Shown in pieces: positions 51,640 to 63,570 of a stretch of 64,000 nt of DNA; position 1 is the first letter of the stretch; each line of letters opens with the position of its first letter. Below the pieces are notes generated by a model, which searched no databases, was not told where the DNA came from, and saw only the letters and a program-made list of their open reading frames with translations. Position numbers and translations under genes: made by a program. Source of the DNA: Octopus sinensis (taxonomy: Eukaryota); NCBI RefSeq assembly GCF_006345805.1, contig NC_043007.1, positions 61,938,001 to 62,002,000 on the forward strand. Direction: 5' to 3'.

Positions 51640-54600
51640 GGTTCTTAAAATGTTAGCTATTTATTTGGTTAATAACGAGTTTATGTAAAATGTCCATGTT
51701 ACTTGTGAAAGTCAGATATTCATTCGAGCTAAGGAAACGTTTTGTACTCAGAAGAACTGGTCGATGAGAAAAAGTTGGTTGTTGGAGAAAGTAATACCAT
51801 TGTTGTGAAATTGCATAGTCACCAACGTCGTGAGGGTACTTGTCCATCGATGTTGTGGTGGTTGCTTGTTGGTGTGTGTTGTATTTGTTGAAGACCACTG
51901 TCGTGTGATCAAGCTGATTGCGTGTATAATAAATGAAGCAAAACAAAACCTTCTACCTTTTAATATATTTATTACTGGACATGATTTACTATTTACGAAA
52001 GAAAGATGCTGATAATAAAACTGCCGAATGGGAAGAGAGAACCGCACCGTGTCATGTAGAAGGTTAGTTGTGGTACATGTTGTGTGAGTATCCGAAATCG
52101 TTTCTTGCTCGAGCTGGTCTGTCTGAATGTCCAAGATGATCTGGTCTCAGTGATCTGCCTTCTGTGAGTGCCCAGGTGGCCTACGCGAATTCCCGAGGCC
52201 GTCTGCCTTGTTCAGTTGCCCGAAGCCATCTGCCTTGCTCGCTTGCCTGGGGTTGTCTGCTTTGTGACTTAGGCGCCAAACTGTTTTGAAGGGTGAAAAG
52301 GGGGTGAAGTTTAAATCATCCGAGGAGCCATACCGCACACAGCTTAACGCTGATTGGTCAATGTATAGATGAATCACGTGAAACTGTGATGGCTCACTCG
52401 TGATCCCTACCTAGCATCTGTAGTTCGAATACCTACAGGAGTCTTCTTCCAGTGATTTACTGTGTAAACAGAAAGAACGAATCAACTAAATAGCGAAATT
52501 ACATAGAAATACAATATGCCAACACAAGCGAAAAAGAACATGCATTGAATACAGAATAAATGCTGAGATAAAGTTCATTTGACAATGATTAAGCAATAAG
52601 TTTGTAATGTATACAAATAGTATCCTCAGTTTGCAACACATTGATATAAATAAGGGATAGTGCGTCTGCTGCATAATTTTCAGTACCTTTAATATGACGT
52701 ATCTCCAACGTAAACTGTGAAATACAAGGTGTCTAATGTCTCTTGGGGAATATTTAACCGTTTTGGGTTAATGGTTTATAATTAGTACAGATGGTGAAAG
52801 TTCTTCCTTCAAAGAAATAGCAAAAGTGTTTTACTGACAATTAACTTAAGGTCAATAATTTTCGTCCGAAAGTAGAACTTGCCAGTAATTTTGAACAAAC
52901 TGTTGAGTATTCCTCCGATTCCAACGTCAGATGCATTTACCATTAGTGATAGGGGTGCATTTGGTATCGGATGGGCTAGCAATTTAACTCTAGTTCTTTA
53001 ATGTCGTTAAAAAACTGTAATTCTGTCGGAGCTAAATAGTTTCATTTTTCCGTTTACTATTACGTAGTGATTTTGTTAGTCGATATATTGTTTCTGTACA
53101 GTACGTGATAAATCGCCAGTAGAAGTTAATAAGCCCGAGAAACTCTCGTAACTTCCTCAATGATGTAGGAACAGGAATATTTGTAACCGTATCTACTTTT
53201 TCCTTCGACGGCTGGATTCCTTCTATCAATAATATGTCCTAAAAATGAGATTGAAGAAACACCAAAAAGACATTTGCTTAAGTTAATTACGACGCCATAT
53301 GTGATAACCTAGTAAAACGTTGTTTCAAACGCTGTTCTTGCTGATCTTCGGTAGGCTTAGCAATCGACAAGTCAACGATACAGGCGAACACAAAGTCTAA
53401 ACAAAGAGTAACTTCGTCAATAAACCGCTGGAAAGTATTTGCAGCACATCTAAGACCAAAATATAATTTTTAAGAAATTCGGCAAGGCCAAAAGGAAAAG
53501 TTATCGCTGTTTTGAGAACACCAGCAGGTTCTGTGGGAATCTGATTATGAGTGTGTGCTGATTATCGAAAAAACAGTACAAACATTAAAAAAAAGCTGAG
53601 AAATCATGAATATAAGGAACAGATAAAAACATTCAAACGTCTGTTGTCTCCACATGGATGCCTATCTCCCTCAGCTTTCTTCGGAACTATAAACAGCGAA
53701 GACCAATTACTAGGAAGGTCGAATTATTCCGAGGTCCAACAAGTGGTCAAATTCATTCCTTTGCTATTTTTAATTTGGCAGCAGTGACTCGTCTGTTCAC
53801 GATGAAACAAGAGGTCCTTCATTGATATGATGCGTAATTGAGTGTACTGGATTCCTGTTTTAAAAACGGTACGAGTGATGTCTGGAAATGTTTGAAGAAT
53901 CGTGTGATAACGATTAGATGTAGAGGGCACAAAGAAAAGAGAATCAACAGCAGCAGATTTAATGCGCGTACCTTGTTCTGATAAATTCTTTTCAGAGTAT
54001 ATCAGTCTTTTGTGTTTCCAATCTATAAGAAGACCAAAGTCAAATAGGAAATCAGCACGATGATAGAATATGCAAGATCCGATACCAGAAAAATCCACTT
54101 GAATTGACATCACAAATTAAGATTTAAGGTCACAGATTTCTCACTGTAAGTGAGAATAAGAGAATGGTTAACAGCTTGCAAGGTTATTACTGTCGATTTT
54201 CGCGATTCGCTTAAGAAGGTCACTGGCCAAATTCTATAAGCTGCTCCCGTACCTACCAGGAACCGATATTTGGAAATAGTGTCGTACATATAAAAGACGT
54301 GCCTTATTGAAGGTACACCAAGAGATGTAATCACGCTTATTTCCCTAGCGCTGCCGTTTTTCTCGCGGTTGAGTAGCTAATTTCAAAGAACATGGCTAAG
54401 TGCAACTGTGTGCGCTAGCACCAAAACTGTTCTGATACCTTAAAAATGTCGTAGATCTCGCACGGAGACTAAATGAGCAATCTCTTGAAGTCCTCCGGCA
54501 ACGAGAATTCGAGCACGGAGAATATCGAGGTAACTTACAATTTCATGAGCCATTTTAACGCCTACAAGAGAGCAGAGCTCTACTACTCAGTTGGCTGATT

Positions 54601-54660
54601 TGACATATTATGGATAGACCACCTCAGGCAAACGAACAAGACAGACGGAAAACGATAGAC
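51640..54660 (-). mobile_element. Degraded Ty3/Gypsy LTR retrotransposon internal region
   Basis: Gag WYQNSFGASAHSCT*PC; protease RFLVGTGA; RT TAITFPFG...CAANTFQRFIDEV...FAYIVDLLIA; PSKEKVDTVTNIPVPTSLRKLREFLGLINFYWRFI; RNase H TDASDVGIGG; probable integrase tail CTTTNLLHDTVRFSLP. No LTRs identified. Confidence 0.82.
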
Positions 54661-54882
54661 AACCGAGAGTTACGTCAAGCTCGTGTATGCGAGTAGCTAC
54701 ATATATGTGTGTGTGTACATATGTATACACACACGCACACATACATACATACATACATACATACATACATACATACAGATATATACTTTATTAATAAATC
54801 ATAATTCTATCTCCCGTTTTCGAGTACTATTTTTCCACCTTGTTTCACATTTATGCGCTTATTCTGGTATACACACACACAC

Positions 54883-54930
<48 letters not shown>

Positions 54931-55657
54931 GCCTATATATACATATATGTTCACGTTCATATATATACATATATATACATACATATACACACATACATAT
55001 ACAGAAACATACATACACACATATTTGTGTATTAAAAATACATACATACATAGGTGCATACGTACGCACACATACATACATACAGACAGACAGACACACA
55101 TGCACTCACACACACACACACACATACTGACAGATAGACAGACTGATCAGACAGACAGGCAGACCAAACAGACAGATAGACAAACAGATGTATACATACT
55201 AAAAAATAAAACCTGGCGTAGCCATATTTAGCTGAGACTTGAGTACAATTCTTGGAGAATAAGTTTTGAAAAAGTGATGTAGGTAGAGAAATATTTGCTC
55301 CAACAATTTGTTAGGAACGTGAAAATGGTTCGGAATGGCTGACTCATTTCACTCACTGTGAAGTGGTTGTCTACAATGAAGCATATTTCCACTGACTTTG
55401 CTATCATTATTTCTGTTCAACGAAGTAATAATTACCAAGTGCGTACGTGCGTGAGTGCGTGAGTGGGTGCGTGTGTGTTTGAAGCAGCCTACATACGCTC
55501 AGGCGAGAAACTTACAGGTGAGACACACATTCACTAATGTACATACATACCTTATGACTGTGTGGATGCACACACTCACACATACGCACACAGACACATA
55601 CACATTTCTGTGTAGGCGTACGTATGTGTGTCTGTATATATATATATATACATATAA

Positions 55658-55697
<40 letters not shown>

Positions 55698-55839
55698 GGA
55701 GGAAGAAATGCACAAATACATGTACACACATTCATATACGTGCATACATAAATACACATATATACATATATATATATATATTATATATATATATATATAC
55801 ATACACATACGTACACACACATACGTACACACACACACA

Positions 55840-55886
<47 letters not shown>

Positions 55887-56058
55887 TGGGACAATAAAAC
55901 ATCCAGATAGACGATACAAAGAAAACAAGGACGGGTCATTCGAAGTTTTCTTTCCTCAGTCGAGTACCAGATTATATTCCGCAATTTCAGCTGATACATA
56001 CATACATACATACATACATACATACATACATACATACATACATACATACATACATACA

Positions 56059-56089
<31 letters not shown>

Positions 56090-56411
56090 GTATGTATGTA
56101 TGTATGTACATATATATAAATTTAAATAATAACAGTGAAAAATTGAATATTAATTCGATTAATATCAATTTAAAACCAGTGACCTAGCATATTGAAAAAA
56201 TCTGTATCTAAATTTGTATCTTTTCATTTGCCTTGCGCGCTTACGTTCTGGCGTTTGCTGAATTTTCTTGAGAACAATCTTTTCTTAGTGGTCAGACCAT
56301 ATGGGTCTACATCTAGCATATTGGATGTCCACTTAGCGGTCATCCCTCTTATATGTGTATATATATATATATTATATATATATATGTATGTATGTATGTG
56401 TATATATATAT

Positions 56412-56449
<38 letters not shown>

Positions 56450-56467
56450 GATATATATATGTATGTA

Positions 56468-56595
56468 TATAATTAATTAATAAGGGTGAGAGAATTAGAT
56501 ACTAATTTAATAGTATATTTATTCCACACCAAGTGGCCTAGTGCTACGAGAAACCTGGATTATTATAATATTTTATAACATATTATAATATTTTC
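56468..56595 (-). repeat. Inverted partial copy of the array unit at the 5' end of the array
   Basis: tataattaattaataagggtgagag...ccaagtggcctagtgctacgagaaacctggattattataatattttataacatattataatattttc is the reverse complement of the unit segment gaaaatattataat...cccttattaattaattata. Confidence 0.92.
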
Positions 56596-59500
56596 AGCAC
56601 TAGGCCACTTGGTGTGGAATAAATATACTATTAAATTAGTATCTAATTCTCTCACCCTTATTAATTAATTATAATTATGCTGCATTTATTTCTAAATGCT
56701 GTTTTGTTTCCGTGAGAGTTTTGGCGCGCTGTTGGTTGGGGCATTTGAATTATAACGTCGGTTGTAATCAATTGAACCACACGCGTATTTATCGTTATGG
56801 TAAAATCTGGCGTGTGATTGAGTGGATTTCATCCAGATAGTCTTGGCTGACGAGCTACAAATGGATTATTGTAAGTAATATTACATTTAATTCATTAATA
56901 GCGAAACAATTGTCCCAAAATAATCTGTATTTTGTTATTTTTATTTGCCCTGTCCGTGTGAGCTAACAGTCGTACTTGGCTTTCATGGGAAACATGTATT
57001 TTCGTGGTTGAAACCTTTTGGATTAACTGGTGCTAGAGTGATCAATATAGTGACCACTCTCTATATTTATTTTGTGAAAATATTATAATATGTTATAAAA
57101 TATTATAATAATCCAGGTTTCTCGTAGCACTAGGCCACTTGGTGTGGAATAAATATACTATTAAATTAGTATCTAATTCTCTCACCCTTATAATTAATTA
57201 TAATTATGCTGCATTTATTTCTAAATGCTGTATTTGTTTCCGTGAGAGTTTTGGCGCGCTGTTGGTTGGGGCATTTGAATTATAACGTCGGTTGTAATCA
57301 ATTGAACCACACGCGTATTTATCGTTATGGTAAAATCTGGCGTGTGATTGAGTGGATTTCATCCAGATAGTCTTGGCTGACGAGCTACAAATGGATTATT
57401 GTAAGTAATATTACATTTAATTCATTAATAGCGAAACAATTGTCCCAAAATAATCGTATTTTGTTATTTTTATTTGCCCTGTCGTGTGAGCTAACAGTCG
57501 TACTTGGCTTTCATGGGAAACATGTATTTTCGTGGTTGAAACCTTTTGGATTAACTGGTGCTAGAGTGATCAATATAGTGACCACTCTCTTATATTTATT
57601 TTGTGAAAATATTATAATATGTTATAAAATATTATAATAATCCAGGTTTCTCGTAGCACTAGGCCACTTGGTGTGGAATAAATATACTATTAAATTAGTA
57701 TCTAATTCTCTCACCCTTATTAATAATTATAATTATGCTGCATTTATTTCTAAATGCTGTATTGTTTCCGTGAGAGTTTTGGCGCGCTGTTGGTTGGGGC
57801 ATTTGAATTATAACGTCGGTTGTAATCAATTGAACCACACGCGTATTTATCGTTATGGTAAAATCTGGCGTGTGATGAGTGGATTTCATCCAGATAGTCT
57901 GGCTGACGAGCTACAAATGGATTATTGTAAGTAATATTACATTAATTCATTAATAGCGAAACAATTGTCCCAAAATAATCTGTATTTTGTTATTTTTATT
58001 TGCCCTGTCCGTGTGAGCTAACAGTCGTACTTGGCTTCATGGGAAACATGTATTTTCGTGGTTGAAACCTTTTGGATTAACTGGTGCTAGAGTGATCATA
58101 TAGTGACCACTCTCTTATATTTATTTTGTGAAAATATTATATATGTTATAAAATATTATAATAATCCAGGTTTCTCGTAGCACTAGGCCACTTGGTGTGG
58201 AATAAATATACTATTAAATTAGTATCTAATTCTCTCACCCTTATAATTAATTATAATTATGCTGCATTTATTTCTAAATGCTGTATTGTTTCCGTGAGAG
58301 TTTTGCGCGCTGTTGGTTGGGGCATTTGAATTATAACGTCGGTTGTAATCAATTGAACCACACGCGTATTTATCGTTATGGTAAAATCTGGCGTGTGATT
58401 GAGTGGATTTCATCCAGATAGTCTTGGCTGACGAGCTACAAATGGATTATTGTAAGTAATATTACATTTAATTCATTAATAGCGAAACAATTGTCCCAAA
58501 ATAATCTGTATTTTGTTATTTTTATTTGCCCTGTCGTGTGAGCTAACAGTCGTACTTGGCTTTCATGGGAAACATGTATTTTCGTGGTTGAAACCTTTTG
58601 GATTAACTGGTGCTAGAGTGATCAATATAGTGACCACTCTCTTATATTTATTTTGTGAAAATATTATAATATGTTATAAAATATTATAATAATCCAGGTT
58701 TCTCGTAGCACTAGGCCACTTGGTGTGGAATAAATATACTATTAATTAGTATCTAATCTCTCACCCTTATTAATTAATTATAATTATGCTGCATTTATTT
58801 CTAAATGCTGTATTTGTTTCCGTGAGAGTTTTGGCGCGCTGTTGGTTGGGGCATTTGAATTATAACGTCGGTTGTAATCAATTGAACCACACGCGTATTT
58901 ATCGTTATGGTAAAATCTGGCGTGTGATTGAGTGGATTTCATCCAGATAGTCTTGGCTGACGAGCTACAAATGGATTATTGTAAGTAATATTACATTTAA
59001 TTCATTAATAGCGAAACAATTGTCCCAAAATAATCTGTATTTTGTTATTTTTATTTGCCTGTCCGTGTGAGCTAACAGTCGTACTTGGCTTTCATGGGAA
59101 ACATGTATTTTCGTGGTTGAAACCTTTTGGATTAACTGGTGCTAGAGTGATCAATATAGTGACCACTCTCTTATATTTATTTTGTGAAAATATTATATAT
59201 GTTATAAAATATTATAATAATCCAGGTTTCTCGTAGCACTAGGCCACTTGGTGTGGAATAAATATACTATTAAATTAGTATCTAATTCTCTCACCCTTAT
59301 TAATTAATTATAATTATGCTGCATTTATTTCTAAATGCTGTATTTGTTTCCGTGAGAGTTTTGGCGCGCTGTTGGTTGGGGCATTTGAATTATAACGTCG
59401 GTTGTAATCAATTGAACCACACGCGTATTATCGTTATGGTAAAATCTGGCGTGTGATTGAGTGGATTTCATCCAGATAGTCTTGGCTGACGAGCTACAAA

Positions 59501-62359
59501 TGGATTATTGTAAGTAATATTACATTTAATTCATTAATAGCGAAACAATTGTCCAAAATAATCTGTATTTTGTTATTTTTATTTGCCCTGTCCGTGTGAG
59601 CTAACAGTCGTACTTGGCTTTCATGGGAAACATGTATTTTCGTGGTTGAAACCTTTTGGATTAACTGGTGCTAGAGTGATCAATATAGTGACCACTCTCT
59701 TATATTTTGTGAAAATATTATAATATGTTATAAAATATTATAATAATCCAGGTTTCTCGTAGCACTAGGCCACTTGGTGTGGAATAAATATACTATTAAA
59801 TTAGTATCTAATTCTCTCACCCTTATTAATTAATTATAATTATGCTGCATTTATTTCTAAATGCTGTATTTGTTTCCGTGAGAGTTTTGGCGCGCTGTGG
59901 TTGGGGGCATTTGAATTATAACGTCGGTTGTAATCAATTGAACCACACGCGTATTTATCGTTATGGTAAAATCTGGCGTGTGATTGAGTGGATTCATCCA
60001 GATAGTCTTGGCTGACGAGCTACAAATGGATTATTGTAAGTAATATTACATTTAATTCATTAATAGCGAAACAATTGTCCCAAAATAATCTGTATTTTGT
60101 TATTTTTATTTGCCCTGTCCGTGTGAGCTAACAGTCGTACTTGGCTTTCATGGGAAACATGTATTTTCGTGGTTGAAACCTTTTGGATTAACTGGTGCTA
60201 GAGTGATCAATATAGTGACCACTCTCTTATATTTATTTTGTGAAAATATTATAATATGTTATAAAATTATAATAATCCAGGTTTCTCGTAGCACTAGGCC
60301 ACTTGGGTGGAATAAATATACTATTAATTAGTATCTAATTCTCTCACCCACCCTTATTAATTAATTATAATTATGCTGCATTTATTTCTAAATGCTGTAT
60401 TTGTTTCCGTGAGAGTTTTGGCGCGCTGTTGGTTGGGGCATTTGAATTATAACGTCGGTTGTAATCATTGAACCACACGCGTATTTATCGTTATGGTAAA
60501 ATCTGGCGTGTGATTGAGTGGATTTCATCCAGATAGTCTTGGCTGACGAGCTACAAATGGATTATTGTAAGTATATTACATTTAATTCATTAATAGCGAA
60601 ACAATTGTCCCAAAATAATCTGTATTTTGTTATTTTTATTTGCCCTGTCCGTGTGAGCTAACAGTCGTACTTGGCTTTCATGGGAAACATGTATTTTCGT
60701 GGTTGAAACCTTTTGGATTAACTGGTGCTAGAGTGATCAATATAGTGACCACTCTCTTATATTTATTTTGTGAAAATATTATAATATGTTATAAAATATT
60801 ATAATAATCCAGGTTTCTCGTAGCACTAGGCCACTTGGTGTGGAATAAATATACTATTAATTAGTATCTAATTCTCTCACCCTTATTAATTAATTATAAT
60901 TATGCTGCATTTATTTCTAAATGCTGTATTTGTTTCCGTGAGAGTTTTGGCGCGCTGTTGGTTGGGGCATTTGAATTATAACGTCGGTTGTAATCAATTG
61001 AACCACACGCGTATTATCGTTATGGTAAAATCTGGCGTGTGATTGAGTGGATTTCATCCAGATAGTCTTGGCTGACGAGCTACAAATGGATTATTGTAAG
61101 TAATATTACATTTAATTCATTAATAGCGAAACAATTGTCCCAAAATAATCTGTATTTTGTTATTTTTATTTGCCCTGTCCGTGTGAGCTAACAGTCGTAC
61201 TTGGCTTTCATGGGAACATGTATTTTCGTGGTTGAAACCTTTTGGATTACTGGTGCTAGAGTGATCAATATAGTGACCACTCTCTTATATTTATTTTGTG
61301 AAAATATTATAATATGTTATAAAATATTATAATAATCCAGGTTTCTCGTAGCACTAGCCACTTGGTGTGGAATAAATATACTATTAAATTAGTATCTAAT
61401 TCTCTCACCCTTATTAATTAATTATAATTATGCTGCATTTATTTCTAAATGCTGTATTTGTTTCCGTGAGAGTTTTGGCGCGCTGTTGGTTGGGGCATTT
61501 GAATTATAACGTCGGTTGTAATCAATTGAACCACACGCGTATTTATCGTTATGGTAAAATCTGGCGTGTGATTGAGTGGATTTCATCCAGATAGTCTTGG
61601 CTGACGAGCTACAAATGGATTATTGTAAGTAATATTACATTTAATTCATTAATAGCGAAACAATTGTCCCAAAATAATCTGTATTTTGTTATTTTTATTT
61701 GCCCTGTCCGTGTGAGCTAACAGTCGTACTTGGCTTTCATGGGAAACATGTATTTTCGTGGTTGAAACCTTTTGGATTAACTGGTGCTAGAGTGATCAAT
61801 ATAGTGACCACTCTCTTATATTTATTTTGTGAAAATATTATAATATGTTATAAAATATTATAATAATCCAGGTTTCTCGTAGCACTAGGCCACTTGGTGT
61901 GGAATAATATACTATTAAATTAGTATCTAATTCTCTCACCCTTATTAATTAATTATAATTATGCTGCATTTATTTCTAAATGCTGTATTTGTTTCCGTGA
62001 GAGTTTTGGCGCGCTGTTGGTTGGGGCATTTGAATTATAACGTCGGTTGTAATCAATTGAACCACACGCGTATTTATCGTTATGGTAAAATCTGGCGTGT
62101 GATTGAGTGGATTTCATCCAGATAGTCTTGGCTGACGAGCTACAAATGGATTATTGTAAGTAATATTACATTTAATTCATTAATAGCGAAACAATTGTCC
62201 CAAAATAATCTGTATTTTGTTATTTTTATTTGCCCTGTCCGTGTGAGCTAACAGTCGTACTTGGCTTTCATGGGAAACATGTATTTTCGTGGTTGAAACC
62301 TTTTGGATTAACTGGTGCTAGAGTGATCAATATAGTGACCACTCTCTTATATTTATTTT
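56596..62359 (+). repeat. Tandem array of ~10.9 units of ~531 bp, each with a hammerhead ribozyme (retrozyme-like)
   Basis: Marker CTGACGAGCTAC starts at 56847, 57377, 57903, 58428, 58957, 59486, 60012, 60543, 61072, 61601 and 62132 (spacing 525-531). Units differ mostly by 1-nt indels. Confidence 0.95.
56843..56918 (+). ncRNA. Type I hammerhead ribozyme, first of 11 array copies
   Basis: Stem I ttgg/ccaa (extended by cagat/atctg); core CUGACGA 56847-56853; stem II gcta...tagc enclosing a 49-nt hairpinned insert; GAAA 56903-56906; palindromic stem III CAAUUG; cleavage triplet GUC 56912-56914. Confidence 0.9.
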
Positions 62360-62417
62360 ATGTATGTATAATATATATATATATATAATATATATATATA
62401 TATATACATATATATAC

Positions 62418-62450
<33 letters not shown>

Positions 62451-62463
62451 CATATATATATAC

Positions 62464-62496
<33 letters not shown>

Positions 62497-63182
62497 ACAT
62501 ATATATATATATATATAATATATATATATATATATTATATATATATATTATATATATATAATATAATATATATATGCGCACATATTACTAGAGCGTATAC
62601 AAATCTTTGCATTTATATATATCCATGAAGTAGGGTGGGCTTCTCATGTCCTTGATAAATCTTATATAGGTTTTATCCTTATATTTTATTTATAAATTAA
62701 ACCGGAATATATTCAGTGCTGAATTGTTCCGATTATACACGTGCGGCCGAGATGAACTTGAGATGCCCACCTTTCATTGATATATAAGTGTGAATATTTG
62801 TATATGCTCTGCTGGATGCGTTGTTGTTCGCTTAGTATCCGGAGATGTTTATATTTATATTTTCTGGTTATGTTGTGCCGATGACTGGAGAGCATATTAT
62901 ACCTGCTGACCATGAAATCATTAACGATATACGCCTAAACCTTTTTAAAGGATCTTCTATGTTTATTCCCCCGATTTCGGTGCCTGTGTATATTTATTGA
63001 AGTAGTTTGACTTTAGAGTTCCATTACAGCGTGAGGCGTTAATTATAGTAATAGCCTTTGGTATAATAAAGTTTTGTATACTTAAGGAAAAAAATTATAT
63101 ACTTTGTATTAATTTTTTCCTCAATTGGCTTTCCACGCTGGCTACTTGATAAATCCTTTACAGATTTTATCCTTATATTTCA

Positions 63183-63213
<31 letters not shown>

Positions 63214-63333
63214 CATACATACATACATACATACATACATACATACATACATACATACATACATAGTTACATATATATATATATATCGAAAAAGTCAAGG
63301 TACAAAATGCTAGAATAATTTTATAAAAAACAT

Positions 63334-63372
63334 TTCAGTACCGGTTTCAGTCATTGAGACTTTTTCAGCTGT
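63334..63372 (-). ncRNA. Minimal hammerhead-like motif with G8A substitution (related relic at ~22605-22645)
   Basis: cag-CTGAAAA-agtc-tcaat-gact-GAAA-ccgg-TA-ctg. Confidence 0.5.
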
Positions 63373-63478
63373 AAGTATGGAAAACAATTAAATTTTGGAA
63401 AAGTTTTCCTTGTTTCTGCCTGCCTCTGTCTCCCTTGTTTACTCTTGTGGGTTCGAGGTCGTTGTGAATTCTTGGCAG

Positions 63479-63570
63479 GGAAGAAGAAGAAGAAGAAGAA
63501 GAAGAAGAAGAAGAAGAAGAAGAAGAAGAAGAAGAAGAAGAAGAAGAAGGAGGAGGAGGAGGAGGAGGAG
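63479..63570 (+). repeat. (AAG)n(GAG)n microsatellite, representative of dozens of (TA)n, (CA)n, (TACA)n and (TAT)n tracts in the window
   Basis: Read directly from the sequence. Confidence 0.95.

Noticed and set aside
56596-62359. Array as CRISPR, rDNA/snRNA cluster or coding repeat (ORFs 57440, 57668, 58219, 59042, 60110)
   Set aside because: No unique spacers, no match to rRNA or snRNA motifs I recognise, and the short ORFs are not kept in frame between units.
62872-62935. CCGATGA...GAAA hammerhead-like string after the array
   Set aside because: Core mutation plus mismatched stems I and II; too degenerate to call.
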